Positions 1-12,686 of a stretch of DNA of 64,000 bases are shown here, in pieces. Position 1 is the stretch's first letter. The number at the start of each line of letters is the position of its first letter. The stretch lies in the NCBI GenBank assembly GCA_964035575.1, contig OZ037847.1:1054001-1118000 (forward strand), read 5' to 3'. The notes beneath the pieces were generated by a model that was not told the DNA's origin, did not search any database, and worked only from the letters and a program-made list of their open reading frames with translations. Both the position numbers and the translations under genes were made by a program. Source of the stretch: Rhynchopus sp. YZ270_cl-10. Lineage: Eukaryota.

Positions 1-1
1 A

Positions 2-569
2 ACGACTTGGTTGGATGGAAAACACGTCGTCTTTGGCCAGGTGCTTGAGGGATACGACGTCGTTCAAAAGGTGGAGCAGGCAGGAACACGCTCTGGTCGT
101 ACCACAAGCGATGTGCAGGTATACCACACCCAACTGATACCCGATCACCACGATGGTCCACCCCCCTTTTATCATTTTCATCTGTGCTGTAAGGTTTCTT
201 TTATCCCATCTATGACTACACGGCTTAGGTTCATCTCACACGCTTTTCTTCTTTTGACACTACGTTGTACCGCAGCCCTCATGCAGACAACATTCAATTC
301 GACAGCCTAAGTGAGTTGACACTATCATTTTTTTATCCAGAACGGAGTATTGATATCATATTGCTCGGTGTTCTGCGTCTGGAGGGCAATTTGGTCCTCT
401 CCCGCTTTCGTTTCTAACGTATCATGAATTTAACACAAAGTTTGTCTTTTCCCATACCAACGTCACCCTCCTGCAGATCACAGCGTGCCGAGTGCGGAAG
501 ATGGCCACAGGGAGTCTAGCATCGTTGTGCGCTGACGAGGTTGATACAACAATGATCTCCGCCATATGA
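2..569 (+). CDS. Cyclophilin-type peptidyl-prolyl isomerase, 3' part (5' truncated by window); exons <2..118, 477..569
   Basis: [24 protein letters not shown] is the classic cyclophilin C-terminal motif. GT at 119 (gtatac) and AG at 475-476 join in phase 0 to give ...SDVQ|ITAC..., matching the usual terminal strand. TGA at 567-569. Confidence 0.85.
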
Positions 570-994
570 GCTGCCATGCGCTGTCGCCATATCTAGCCTA
601 CCCCCACTCACCCCCCTGGGGATTACAAGATCCCCCTACCGAACCAGACCTGATGGCCACAACGGGGCATACCAACCACCTCATTTTTATTGCAAAACCC
701 CCCCTTCCCCCCAGCAAGACAATGATGACCGCTTCGACTCTTTCAAGATTCTTTCCCAGGTTAACGGGACTAACGAAGGTTTTCCATTCATCTTACCGAT
801 ACGTCTCTCATGAGCTTTGTAGATGGCACCACAAAGAGGTGTTCAACGTCACTTTGGTGGCCAGCGATGCCGATAGTGGTGAAGATGTGTGCGTGAGAGG
901 CATTCGTCTAAAGTTTTCTTTGGTTTTGTACACACTTCACATCAACTAACACCAGGTGTCCACCCATTGAATGTAAGGGCAGTAGAGTGCGTCT

Positions 995-3900
995 ATGGAT
1001 GCAGAGGCACCTCTGCTGGGTGGGAATGGGTATTCTCGGCCAAATCCTTTGATATCAGTGTTGGCACCGGATGCGCGCACCTCAGTGTATTTGGGTGATG
1101 CACACATGCGGGACGACAACGGGAAGAAAGGAATACGCTCGCGCGCTTCTGTGGAGCTGAGTGCCTTTCGCAACAGGGTGCAAAGCGAGACGTTGGTGCG
1201 CAAGGTGCCGCAGACCGCACCCGCTACAGAAGCGAGCGAGGCGACGCAAGCACCCAAAGGAGATTTTGAGGGCATGGACTACTGGGAGCCCTTCAACGCC
1301 GAGCGGAGGAAGTTCATTGCGGAACACCACGCGAACGCGAAGAGCTCTTTGAAGTGGGGCCTCTTCGCCCTCACCGGAGTCATCGTTGCATTGCTTAGCA
1401 TCTTCATGAAGCAGACGGTCGAGCGCGTTGTCATCTTCCGGTTCCGTTCTCTGCACGACGCATTGGGAGTCCCTGGCGCCTCCCCTAGCCTTCCTGGAAA
1501 CGAAACCAGCCCGCCCTACGATGTGTCTGGAACGTCGTACTTCGGGGCCTGTGTGTTCTGGGTGTTGACCTCGGGGGTGTTTATCGTGGTGTCGTCATGC
1601 TTGGTGGTGTTTGTCGAGCCAAAGGCGGCAGGGTCGGGAATGCCCGAGGTGATGTCCTATTTGAATGGGGTGCAGGTGGGGGAGTATTCCCTGAAGGTGA
1701 TGGTGGTCAAGTTTTTTTCTTGTTTGCTTGCTGTTGCGTCGGGGCTGCCTGTTGGACCGGAGGGGCCAATGATACAGATAGGGTCGGTGGTAGGGACCTA
1801 TTTGACACAGCCTCCGCATGGATGGATGTTTGCCGGGGTTGCGTCCTTTAGGAACACAATGGACCGTCGAGCGTTTGTCACCTGTGGTGCAGCAGCAGGT
1901 GTGTCTGCCGCGTTTGGCGCTCCCGTTGGAGGTCTTCTCTTCGTGATGGAAGAAACCGCCGCCTACTGGGACCGTTCCCTCACGTGGATGATCTTCTTCA
2001 CAACAACCCTCGCCTTCTTCATCGAAGTTCTCTTCAACTCCGTTTTCCACGGCTGGGAGCCAACCGGATACACCTTTGGGTCTCTCGTTGAAGAAGCAGT
2101 AGTGCTCTTCCAGCCAGAGATTGTCCTCACAACAGTGAATCTAAACCTATTCGTGATATTCCCATCTATCATCATTGGGTTGATATGCGGGTTTTTTGCG
2201 GTGATCTTTACTCGAATGAACCTAAAGGTGATGCAGTGGAGGAAGACTGCGGTTGATACGAAGTGGAAGCGTATTGCGGAGCCTTTGGTGTTGACGGTGG
2301 TGTACACGACTGCGTCGTTTCTGCTGCCGTTAATGTCGTCGTGCAGCACAATGCCTCTGGCCGCCTCCTTCCACGGTGAGCAGATTGTCATCAACCAGAA
2401 CGACTTCGCGCAGTTCGACTGCGCCGCAGACAATCAGTACTCACCCCTCGCAACGCTCACACTCAACTCCGGTGAAAACAGCATCCGCCACCTCTTCTCC
2501 CGCGGGACACGTGGACAGTTCCATGCCGGGGCTCTGCTCGGGTATTTGGTATTATACTTTATCTTTGCCGCTCTTTCTGCTGGGTCGTCCTTCTCTGCTG
2601 GTATGCCATAGGTCAATTCAGAAACCCACCTCCAGTCGGTTCCTGACCTGTTTTTGGGGGGTTTTACACAATGTGAGCGGGTCTAGGGGAGGAATCACTC
2701 CTGGGTGGGCATGGTATTGTTGTAATGCTGATTCCCTTATTTGTTTAACCAACCCCAAAATTCGCTTCTTGCACCGCTTTGGCGTGTGCCCCATAGTGCG
2801 TCTGCTCCCTTGTCTTCTGGAGCGAGGCTTTAGCTTCATCGACGTTGTAAGTGGGCCACTTGTGTTATCTCCATCTTGTCCACAGCAAGGAGGCTTTCAT
2901 CCCATCAGACCACATGCTGTGGCAGATACATTGCAATGCGATAAGGACATCTCTCGTTGTCTTCGCAGATCAACTCTGATATTGCAAGCGAATTGCTCTC
3001 CACGGTGGGGTCACATGAGAAGATAACACTATGGTCTCACCTTAAACCCCATATTGCGTCCGCGAGAACTCCCTCAAAAAAAAAGAACCTACCTCGAAAA
3101 AATCGGGTGTGAGGGTGTGGATTTCGCGCGAAGCCTGGTCGCGCCATCAAACCATTTTTGTTGTGACACAGCAGTGACCACTTAGCCCTTTTCAAAGTAT
3201 TTGTGAACCCTTCACCACTCTACCACCCACCTCAGGCATCGCAATCCCTCAGCTAGTTATAGGCTCAACGATAGGCAGAATGATTGCAGAGTTCCTTCAC
3301 GACGTGGTGCCTATGTTCAACGACTACGACTGGTTTGACCCTGGGCTTTTTGCTTTGATCGGAGCTGCTGCGTTTTTCGCAGGGGTCTCACGTCTGACAT
3401 TGTCGCTTGCAGTGATCATGCTTGAGATTTCACATGAGGTGTATTTCCTCCCACCGATGATGATCGCGATCATGATGGCAAAGTGGTCTGCCGACTTCAA
3501 GGAACCGTACTCCCTCTACCATGCGCTGATACACCTGGAGAAGATCCCCTTCCTCGATGGTGGCATTGAAGCGTCTATGAACTACGAGCTGTTCACAGCA
3601 GAGGACGTCATGTCGTCCCCAGTGGCTGCTCTCGAGGAGGATGAGCAGATGGGGAGAATATTCGAGGCGCTTGCCACAACCCACGCAGGCTTTCCCGTGG
3701 TGAACAGAAAGCGTCAGTTGAAAGGCTGGGTGCTGCGTGCGCAGTTGGAAACCATCGTTGCCCGGCTTGGTTTAGATGAAGAGGGTGCGGATGAAAGTCG
3801 TGTGCTCACCTCAGGTGGTGACTGCTCCACGTATCTTCACGATCTGATCGGCGACGTGCGGCAGAATCAGACGGACGAAGTCATCAACGTCGCGTCTCAC

Positions 3901-4662
3901 AACAAAAGGCGCGTCTCGCTCCTGAAACGTCGTGACACAATAACGCATGACATTTTCACCTTTCGTGTCAACCTTGCGCCTATTATGTCTACTTCACCGT
4001 TTGTTGTGCACAAAAACTTTCGATTTAACTTGACGAGAATCATCTTCCAAGCAATGTCCATGCGGCACCTGGTCGTTGTCACGACCAACTACCGCGTGGT
4101 GGGGGTCATTACCAGGAAGAACATCATCCAAATGGACCAAGACATTGCTGCGTTTCGTGCGCTCTATGAAGACCGTTCTGAGCCGAGCACTGACGACGAG
4201 GAGGATCCGCCAAGGGCAGAATCACCTTCGCTGGACATGTCTGTGGATCTGGGGTGTCCCAAAGTAAGCAGCACAGAGAGCAGCGACAGTGAGGAGGGTG
4301 CAGCGGCGTTGTCATCTCCGGCAGGCCAGCTTGCACAACGCAGGCAGGGTGATTTGTCGTCACTGCTTTACTCCCCAAGCAGCCCACCAAGGGGAGGTGC
4401 GGTACAAAGCGAACCGGGAAGACTTGGCTGGCAGCACACTAATGATAAGACTCCAATAGGCGCAGGTCTGACAGGCCCTGTACCCATGGTAGGTGTGGAG
4501 GGTGGTGTGCACGGGGCAGGTCTGGGCGGTGGTGGTGGTGGGTTGCGGAACATAGCAGGTCTGCATCCCGCCCCGTCATATGAAGGTGTCTACCTGCCGG
4601 ACCAGTACCGCTACAATGCTTCCCCATACACAGCATATATGACGCCCCCGGTGCTTCTTTGA
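995..4662 (+). CDS. CLC chloride/proton exchanger (CLC-6/7-like) with two CBS domains; exons 995..2600, 3236..4662 (1010 aa)
   Basis: Motifs GSGMPE, GLPVGPEGPMIQIG, GAAAGVSAAFGAPVGGLLFVMEE and ALIGAAAFFAGVSRLT. Intron 2601-3235 (gtatgc...ctcag) restores SAG|IAIPQLVIGSTIGR (the GxFxP helix). CBS motifs AEDVMSSPV, HAGFPVV and MRHLVVV...VVGVITRKNI. Confidence 0.95.
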
Positions 4663-4696
4663 GGGAAAATATGAATTTTTTGATGAGTCTGCTTAA

Positions 4697-4730
4697 AAGG
4701 TGGCTAATCACTGAGGTTAGGTTCACCTTA
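4697..4730 (+). repeat. Hairpin family A copy
   Basis: aaggtggctaatcactgaggttaggttcacctta, located 34 nt after the CLC stop. Confidence 0.75.
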
Positions 4731-4925
4731 CTCTTTTTTTTTTTGTACGAATAGACTTTAACGCCTTGCCCCTCCCTCTACCCCCGTTCTCAAAACTAGA
4801 CTTTGGTTCGATTGAGTTAAAAGAAATCGGGGTACTCTTTTGCCATCTTTTTAGGACACATCACCTCTCCTTTGCAGACAACCCCCCCACCCTCTCTCAC
4901 TCTCTCTCCTTCCCCCTCTGGTTGT

Positions 4926-5654
4926 ATGTATTGCACGCTTTTGGTGTTGCTAAGCATATCAAGATGCGCGTCTGATAATAAGAATAAAACGATTTGCGGG
5001 GGGAGAGGGGAATGTTGGCACGAGTCTGGTCCAGGCAAACACTGGCTGCGTCAGGCAGAATGCCAATGCGATGCAGGGTATTGCCAGCGGGAATACAAAA
5101 ATGTGGTGGACGCGGGGGGGCAGGCACCGGTTTTTAGCTGTTACAAATGCAACACAGTGGACTACATCTACACCATGGGCGTGACAACCTACAACCTAAC
5201 TGTGGGTGTGGGCACGGCGTGGAGCTACACCTCCGAATGCTCTAGGTACAGTGCCCTTGGGCCAGAGTCTTCGTCCTATTCGAGCAGCATGCACACCGAC
5301 AGCTTTCTTGTGGGTGCTGACACCCGTATCGAAGCGACGTTCAACGGTGGTGGTGGCTATGGCATGTACGGTGCCTTAGCGGGGCCGACCAGTCCATCCT
5401 CGTTACCCCACCCAGGGGTGAATGGGTTGCAGGGTATGGCTCTCGCAGACGGAGATGTTTTTGTGTACTATGTACGAGGCGGTGGGCTCTATTCGGACGT
5501 CGGGGTGACAAGAACGGTCACCGCGAATGAGTTGAAGCCCTTCAGGGGGAGAACCCTGAAGGTGTACCTCCTGAGCACGTATGAGTCCTCGCTGGACAGC
5601 TTCAGTTGGATGTGTGTGCGGAAGGTCGGTATCTACGACGCTGTGTCCACATGA
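4926..5654 (+). CDS. Putative secreted protein with an N-terminal EGF-like Cys motif
   Basis: First ATG gives signal-peptide-like MYCTLLVLLSISRCA, followed by CGGRGEC...CQCDAGYC. Open frame of 242 aa with coding-like composition. Confidence 0.65.
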   Translation: MYCTLLVLLSISRCASDNKNKTICGGRGECWHESGPGKHWLRQAECQCDAGYCQREYKNVVDAGGQAPVFSCYKCNTVDYIYTMGVTTYNLTVGVGTAWSYTSECSRYSALGPESSSYSSSMHTDSFLVGADTRIEATFNGGGGYGMYGALAGPTSPSSLPHPGVNGLQGMALADGDVFVYYVRGGGLYSDVGVTRTVTANELKPFRGRTLKVYLLSTYESSLDSFSWMCVRKVGIYDAVST

Positions 5655-5828
5655 CGGAACCTCGCTTTCCAGCGTCCGTTCCTACATCATAACACGAAAA
5701 CACCTCCTATCTTTCTCCCCTCCCTATCACCTCACACCATGGCCATATTCTGCGCAAGAATTACTCTCACTAGGCATCAAACACCTCACACCACCAGGTT
5801 AACTTATTTCAACCAAACACTCTCAACA

Positions 5829-6752
5829 ATGGGCTGCGCAGGAAGTAAAAACGACAAATCTAAGCCCGACCCGATTAACGCACACCCCCCTGCACGCCCG
5901 AGGCCGAAACGCCCTGCCCACCTTGTACCCGGTACTGCGACGCGCTGTGTCAACGATCTGTTTGCAACGACAGCAGACAACTATGCCCCTGTCCTCCAGA
6001 GGAAGAAGAGGTCCACGGAGACGCCGCCGCCGCTTCTGTTCAAGGAGCCCCCTACTACGTCACCTCGCAAACGGCATGACGGGAGTCCACCTTCTCCAAG
6101 AAAAAAACGCAGCACAACACCTACACCCCGCAAGCACAGAGACGGAAGCGAGACGCCACGCAAGGAGAAGAAGTCTGCACACACCCCACGCAAGGAGAAG
6201 GAGCGGAAGGAGAAGCGGAGGGGGTCGTCTCCCTCCCCACCGCCGTCAGCCCCGCCAATGCCTGAAGACGCACCTCGCAGGGAGAGACGTGGTAGTAAGG
6301 GGAAGAGCACACCACGCAAGGAGAAGGTGTCGCCACCAACACCGCGCAGGGAGAGGGAGAAGAAGGAGAAGGTGAAGGAGAAGGAGAAGGACGTTGTGCG
6401 TGAGAAGAAGGCGAAGGCGCCTTCTGTGTCGCCACCAACACCCCCGCCGCCACCACCGCCACCGGCACCTAGGGTGCAGGCACCACCTCCTCCTCCACCT
6501 CCGTCCGCAAACGGTAACGGGGCCATCCCACCCCCACCTCCTCCCCCCGTTGTAGGTGGAAAAGGCATTCCGCCCCCACCGCCACCATTGCCCCCAGGAG
6601 GTGTGATCAAGCCAAAGAAGACGACTCCAAGTGAACAGAGCACCCCCGTGCGGCGTGAAAAGCAAGATGCTGCAAAGAACGAACGTGAAGGTTCGGTACC
6701 ATCCCCAGAAGACCTGCAGAAGCAGATTGAGAAGATGCGAAAGAAACAGTAA
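5829..6752 (+). CDS. Proline/lysine-rich protein, predicted N-terminal acylation (MGCAGSK)
   Basis: MG-C-x-x-S start, repeated TPRKEK motifs, polyproline tracts and a C-terminal helix SPEDLQKQIEKMRKKQ. Confidence 0.75.
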   Translation: MGCAGSKNDKSKPDPINAHPPARPRPKRPAHLVPGTATRCVNDLFATTADNYAPVLQRKKRSTETPPPLLFKEPPTTSPRKRHDGSPPSPRKKRSTTPTPRKHRDGSETPRKEKKSAHTPRKEKERKEKRRGSSPSPPPSAPPMPEDAPRRERRGSKGKSTPRKEKVSPPTPRREREKKEKVKEKEKDVVREKKAKAPSVSPPTPPPPPPPPAPRVQAPPPPPPPSANGNGAIPPPPPPPVVGGKGIPPPPPPLPPGGVIKPKKTTPSEQSTPVRREKQDAAKNEREGSVPSPEDLQKQIEKMRKKQ

Positions 6753-7699
6753 AGAAAATGTTTGAAATACCGAGTTTTTGAAAAAGTTTAGAAGAGAGGT
6801 AGAGAGAATGCCTTGTTTTTGTATGGTTTCGTTATGTCACCCCCTTTTTTTTGTACACATTTGTGTTCACTCACAACTCCCTTTTTTCTTCCCCGTTATT
6901 GATGGTCTTGTTCGTCCACCCCAATCTCACTGATGAACATGGTTCTTTATGGAAAAATGCTAGGTTTTGTTGTTTTTCTCCTCCGATTATCACCATGGTG
7001 CTACACACTACAGGGATCTCATTGATGTGAAGGGATTTCCTTTGAATATGTGGGCTGCATGTTTCACTAGGTTGAATGCATGTCTCCGTGTATTTATTTG
7101 AAATTTCCCTTCGTGGCATCCTCCTGTCTTCTCGGTGCTGTGGTGATATCGGACAAATCTCAATCTGTTTTAGTTTTTCTTCAAAAGCAACAGCCTCGTT
7201 TTCTTTTCCATAGGAGACCATCTTTTTCTCATGTATACCCCTTTCCTAAAAGACGAGCATTCGTCTCAGTTTTTGCTTATTTTAATTTTGTTTTTAGCAC
7301 GTTTCAACTCTTTTCGTTTGTTTTGATTCACCGGTTTTGGACAAACCTCAAAATTCTGTTATTTTTTTGTGTCCATGTTCTTTCGAATCGTTTAACCATT
7401 TAACCCTTCTTTCCTTTTCAAATATGGATATTACGGGAACCACTACACTACTCCAATGCACAAAAAACTGCCCCACCCCCCAAAAAATTTACCATCTGGC
7501 AGGTCTGGTCCCACAGGTGCCTGCGTCCACCAATGTACCGCCAATGTTTGCACTGCCAACCTCTCTTTTTGCAGGTCCCTTCCACAGAAGGCACCTTTTC
7601 CATCCTACTGTCACCCACCACCCACCCACCACTTCAGATACCAAAAGAGTAGACGAGCATTCCTCGGGTGCCTGTAAAATATTTTGAGGGCGAAAAATA

Positions 7700-7906
7700 A
7701 TGGTGCATGTCTTCGTTGACGAGGTGGATGCGAGTGACGAGGCATACTGGCTTGTGGCACCCGGGGCAATCAATGCCTGGTCTGCACGTGGCGGTCTGGC
7801 GGAGGTGAATAAAAACACAATGGAAGCGGCCCAGCAGAAGAGAAGGAAGCGCAGCGTTCCCCAGGACTTTAGCAGTCCCTTCAGAAAGGGCCCGCGGCTG
7901 TCGTAG
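7700..7906 (+). CDS. Small hypothetical protein (68 aa)
   Basis: GC-rich coding-like island in AT-rich DNA. Shares the motif SD(E/D)A(Y/F)WLVAPG with the N-terminus of the next gene. Confidence 0.55.
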   Translation: MVHVFVDEVDASDEAYWLVAPGAINAWSARGGLAEVNKNTMEAAQQKRRKRSVPQDFSSPFRKGPRLS

Positions 7907-8858
7907 CTTAGATGATAGATAAAAAGAAAAGTTGGAAAAAAAAGGCAAAAAAAATAAAGGTGAGTACAGACCCCAATTGTTGACACAGCAAAAAGCAAAA
8001 AAGGCAGAGCTATTTGTTTTCCCTAGCCCTTTGTTCCCTTTGTACTCCCTTGATATTGTTTGAGGTTTGTGCAGATGTAGAATATTTTGAACAAAAAAGC
8101 ATAAACAAGCCCGAAAAAAAAAAACGGTCAAATTAATGAAAATTAGAGAAGAGAAGGAACTGACTCAAAAAAAAAGTTTTAAAGGGTTACGTCTGTACCC
8201 TTTCCGTAGTACAAAAGGCTTCGGGTAAACTTGAGTACGCTAATTTAATTTTTAACCCTGGTTGCCCACTAAAGGTGGGTACTTAAGTGATTGTTTGACG
8301 CAATACCAGATACTGCTTTTATACAGTAAATCACAAAAAGTCTCGCCACCTAGCAAAAGGATGGATCGGAAAATCGATGGCTCTTTTGTTTTGCGATTAT
8401 TTTCTTCGTTACTTTTGGGCGGTTCTTTCGTGATCTACTGTATATTGCTTGCTGCCGCCGTTGCTGATTTCAACAAATAAAACAAAACAAAAAACACTTT
8501 TAAGAGAGAAGGGCTGTCTGTACATGGCTGCTACACTAAAAAAAAAAACAGATTCACAAAAAGATGGTTAATGTACCGATCCTTGAGATGTTGGTGACTA
8601 CCCTCAACACTTCAACTCTTTTCTTCTCCCTGCCCCTCCCAGAAACCCATTTTTAGAGCATATTTTTTTTTAAATAGAAAGCCAACACAGTCGTGTGTTG
8701 CATAGGAGTAAAAAACCACCAAAAAAAAAAAAAGGCAAATTTCCCGTTTCCCCTTTTCCCCTTTCCCCCAGAACTCAACCCCACTTCCCTTTCCCCCTAT
8801 CACATCATACACACTGTACAGGAAGCCGGGTGTAGTGGTACACCAACTTCCCCTTCAT

Positions 8859-8892
8859 TAGGTGACTAAGCTCACGGCTTAGGTTCATCTTA
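8859..8892 (+). repeat. Hairpin family A copy
   Basis: taggtgactaagctcacggcttaggttcatctta. Confidence 0.85.
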
Positions 8893-8927
8893 ACCTTTTT
8901 TTTCTTCTTTTTTTTTCTTTCCAAAAA

Positions 8928-11702
8928 ATGGACGACGTCCTATCCGTCAGCTGTGGGAGTATACTGTCGGACGATGCGTTTTGGTTGGTGGCACCAGGGG
9001 AAGGGGAGGATGGACACATGACAACAATGCCGATTGGGTCGCCTGCTGCCTCACGCTCTGGATACACTACACCCACGACCACCCCTACTGCACAACAACG
9101 CCTTCTCGTTGAAGGATGCAGAACACACCCAAGCATACGGGTATATGAAGTGGAGGATGTAGAACCACCACACATACTGCCGGAACAGGATGAAACCATG
9201 CTCTTCGTCCCAGAGCAGCTTCTCAACGCAGATGCATTGGATGAAATAGACAATGAGGAGTTTGAACCTCTTCGGCGTCCTGAACCGCTCGAACTGCCGC
9301 CAAGAAATTCTAGATTGCAGGCACTCAAGACTATGGAAGGCGCGCACGCCTTTAGAGCATCTCTTCCCGCATTGGTAGTTCCGACCAGAGCAGATCGGAC
9401 TCTGAAAAGCCGGAATGTTAAAGGGAAGGTGAAAGCCGACCGCAAAGTGAAGACCGTGAAGGAGGAGAAGAAGGACACAACGCTTGACTCAGAATGTTCT
9501 GGGGGGTCTGGATATGTCCCTAAGCTCTTCACATCAGCAGCACTCCGGCATGAGTCGCCAAAGCGCGCCTCACCACCTCCACCTATCGACACCTCCCTCA
9601 CATTCTCTCTCCAAGAGACCAGCAAGAATTTTTCGTTGGAGTGGGGCTCCCTCAAGGGTCTTCCTCGGGCCTCTGTTTCCACCCCTCCTGCATCACGTCG
9701 TTCAGTGCCTGATACTCGTCGGGCGGGATCAATAGAATCGTGCGGTATAATAGCTGAGGGGACGATCACTTCTTCTGCAGAACGCAGTAATTATTATTCA
9801 TCTGATGAAGAGTCGGATGTGGTGGAAAGTGTGGTGTCGGTTCCTTCAGGGTACAACCCGGTGTTGTTTACGAGGAAGCGTGAGGGTGAGTACAAAGAGA
9901 AGAAGGAGAAGGAGAAGCCTAGGAAGCCTCCGAAGAAGGCGACGAGGCTGGGGAGCGTGGCCTCTGATGATACTGTGAGTGTGCGTGAGACGCCTTCGCC
10001 GGCGAGGTTGGAGAGCAAAGGGTCATTGCCGGGGATGGGGATGGGGGGGCGGCGTGGGAGTGGTGGGTCGCCTAGGCAGGGGTTCCCTTCTGCGCCACGG
10101 CATTTATTGAGTCAGGGGAGGAGGCAGCAGTCGGCTACTCCACCACAGCAGCAGGTGCAAGGGGGGGTGAGACGGCCTTCATCACAACCCACGCGCCACG
10201 CAAGAAAGGACAAAAAGGAGCGTAAAAGGGATAAAGAAAAGGCAGAGCCCCTCACGCCGTATCGTGAGGCAGCAGTAGAGGTTGTGGAAGTGGAGGCAGA
10301 GGTGGAGGTGGCGCAAGAAGATGTGGTGGAAGACGCAACGTTCTTCCGCGTTGAGGAGACGTTCCCTCCTGTGACGCCACCGCGTGCGGCGTTGCTCCTC
10401 GACGTCGGGTCGGTGCATCCTGAGTCTGACGTCTCCGCACCTCCTACTCCTTGTATTCTGGTCCGCGAAAGTCCTCCTGTCGAAACAGAGTCGTACATCC
10501 CAACAGGAATAACGTACTACAAAGTAGAAGAAGGTGAGGTCTCCGTCCGGCACGCTCCTTTGTCAGGACGCCTTCCGGTTGAGTCCTCCGTCTCCATCTC
10601 TCGGTGCACCGAGCAAGAATTATACGTACCCGCAACAGAAGTGCTTGGATCGCTCCCAAGCACGCCATTAGCAGTCATGCCAGTCTCCCCCGAGGACACA
10701 CCGTTGCCGCCGCAGGAGGAGGATGAGGAGCCGATGGAATGTGTCCCGCTGTCAGGTCTGCTCCTCAACGAAGATGTGGTCTGTGAGGACCTGAGCGCAT
10801 CCTCGGATGATAAAAAGACGCCAGTCAGTAACGGCATCACACCGAGCATGAGCTCTGAAGGGGAGAGCCTCGGGCCGGTGGTGGTGGACGGTCATCGTGG
10901 TGTGAGAGAGGTTGAGGTGGACGACAGCACCACAGAAGGATCGGAGGCAGGCTTGTTGGAGGACGACCGCACTGCGCAGTCCGACGCATGCGATGTGCCG
11001 GTGGAAGACAACAAGCCCATGCCAGTGGAGGACAGCAAACCCATGCCGGTGTCTGAGCCTACGCCTGCATCACCACCCCCTACGCCCAAAGTGGTAGCAG
11101 CGGATGAGGAGGTAGCAAAGGTAGTAGTGAACGGGGCAGACAGTGCCGTGCGCAAGGAGGAGGAGGAGGAGAAGGTGGAGACGAAGAAGGACGAACCCGC
11201 CTTCCTCGGAGCTGACATCGACGACACCCCGAGGTCGACAGCAAGCACAGCATCGCTGAACACAACGGTATGTGGGACCTCTTATCAGGTGCGTTGTGCG
11301 GTGCGTAAATTAAAAACGAAAATAGTGGAATATCTTTGAGTGGCTGCACTAATACAGCTAATTGTGTTCAACCTTACCAGTCAATATAGTGCGGTGGTCC
11401 TCAAGAGCAGTTTGGGAAGGGTGGATCTTTTTGGCAGTCCACATAAAAAAATACAGACCCTTGTAAATGTCAGGGCGTTGATACACTTTACAAAATTGTT
11501 CATGCGCTAAGTGGAGATGCTGAGTTGGTACTTCCCGTTGCTCCTCAAACGGAGGTTCCATGCGCATTCCCAAAGTCTCAAAATTTCAAAATATAAAAAT
11601 CAACAGAAAATGCAACGGAAGCTGTCGATTTCAAGGCAAATGAAGCAGCCTGCGCAGGCCCAGGGAGGATGTGGGTGTGGTAACGGCTGTACGATCATGT
11701 GA
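8928..11702 (+). CDS. Large low-complexity protein ending in a CaaX box; exons 8928..11267, 11607..11702 (811 aa)
   Basis: Long ORF. Donor gtatgt at 11268 and acceptor caacag at 11606 join in phase 0 to give ...LNTT|KMQRKLS...GGCGCGNGCTIM*. Confidence 0.75.
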
Positions 11703-12655
11703 TAAAACAATTCCCCCCCCCCCCCCCCACCTGTTTTGGATACGGAGTGCCTTTTGTTTTAAATAAAAAGTAATTTATTGCTTTTATCTATTCAAAAAAA
11801 AATATTTATTTATCAAAACCCCCCCCCCCCCCCCCCACCCCCCACAAACCTAGAACCAATGAGATGGGAAGGTGCGCGCTAGAGCCCCTTTGTCACCGTT
11901 CCCATGCCTCATTGCCCACCCCACTCCCCCACCCGTTACAGAGGGTGGGGAGTTGTCCTGTTAAAGACAGTGAAGACTGTCTGTGGCAGCTACACTAACA
12001 GAATATCAAAAAGCTAAGTGAAAAAATGCGTGTGGGTTTTTTTCTGCCCGTCTTTTTGACTTTTTATAAATAAACTTGCCTTGCGAAAAAGGCGTGTGTT
12101 TTTTTTTTTTCTTCTTCCTTTTTGGTTCTTCTTCGTTTTGGAAATGTGTCGTGTCCCTGTGAGCGAGGGCCGCACAGTACCCCCTCCCCTCCTCCTCTCC
12201 TCCCCTCTTCCCTCTTTCATTACCCTCGAGTGGTGGTCACTTATCACCATTTATTTGACGTCTATAGCCCAAACCTACAGTGCCCCTTTGCGGTATCTGC
12301 TTCGAAGCAACCTGCACATTTGACACTGTTCAAAAGAATGTTTTTTTTGTTCAGACCACATTTTGTTGGGTCCCTTGCAGCAGGCACGGCTATATTGATC
12401 CACTCGATGGCGTTTTTTCTGTTTATTTTTTTCTCACGTTTTTTTTTTTTGCTCCGTTTTTTAGTTCAAAGTTGTTGTTTATGTCTCTAGAGATGGGGAG
12501 GGTGTGTCTGTCCCTTCTGCCACAGAAAGGAACAGATGATTTGATCATATAAATGTATATTTTTTTAAAGTTCCCGGCAGGCATATTGCTAAATGCGGTT
12601 TCGCCGTTTCGGGCCTGGTTCAACAAGAAACGTGAACCTCGATACCCCTTATGGA

Positions 12656-12686
12656 AAAGATGTGTGCACGAGGCACATTCATCTTT
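12656..12686 (+). repeat. Hairpin family B copy
   Basis: aaagatg-tgtgc-acgag-gcaca-tt-catcttt. Confidence 0.85.

Noticed and set aside
7400..8190. piggyBac-like element (ttaaccctt ... aagggttac)
   Set aside because: Only about 5 bp of inverted match and an imperfect TTAA, which is expected by chance.
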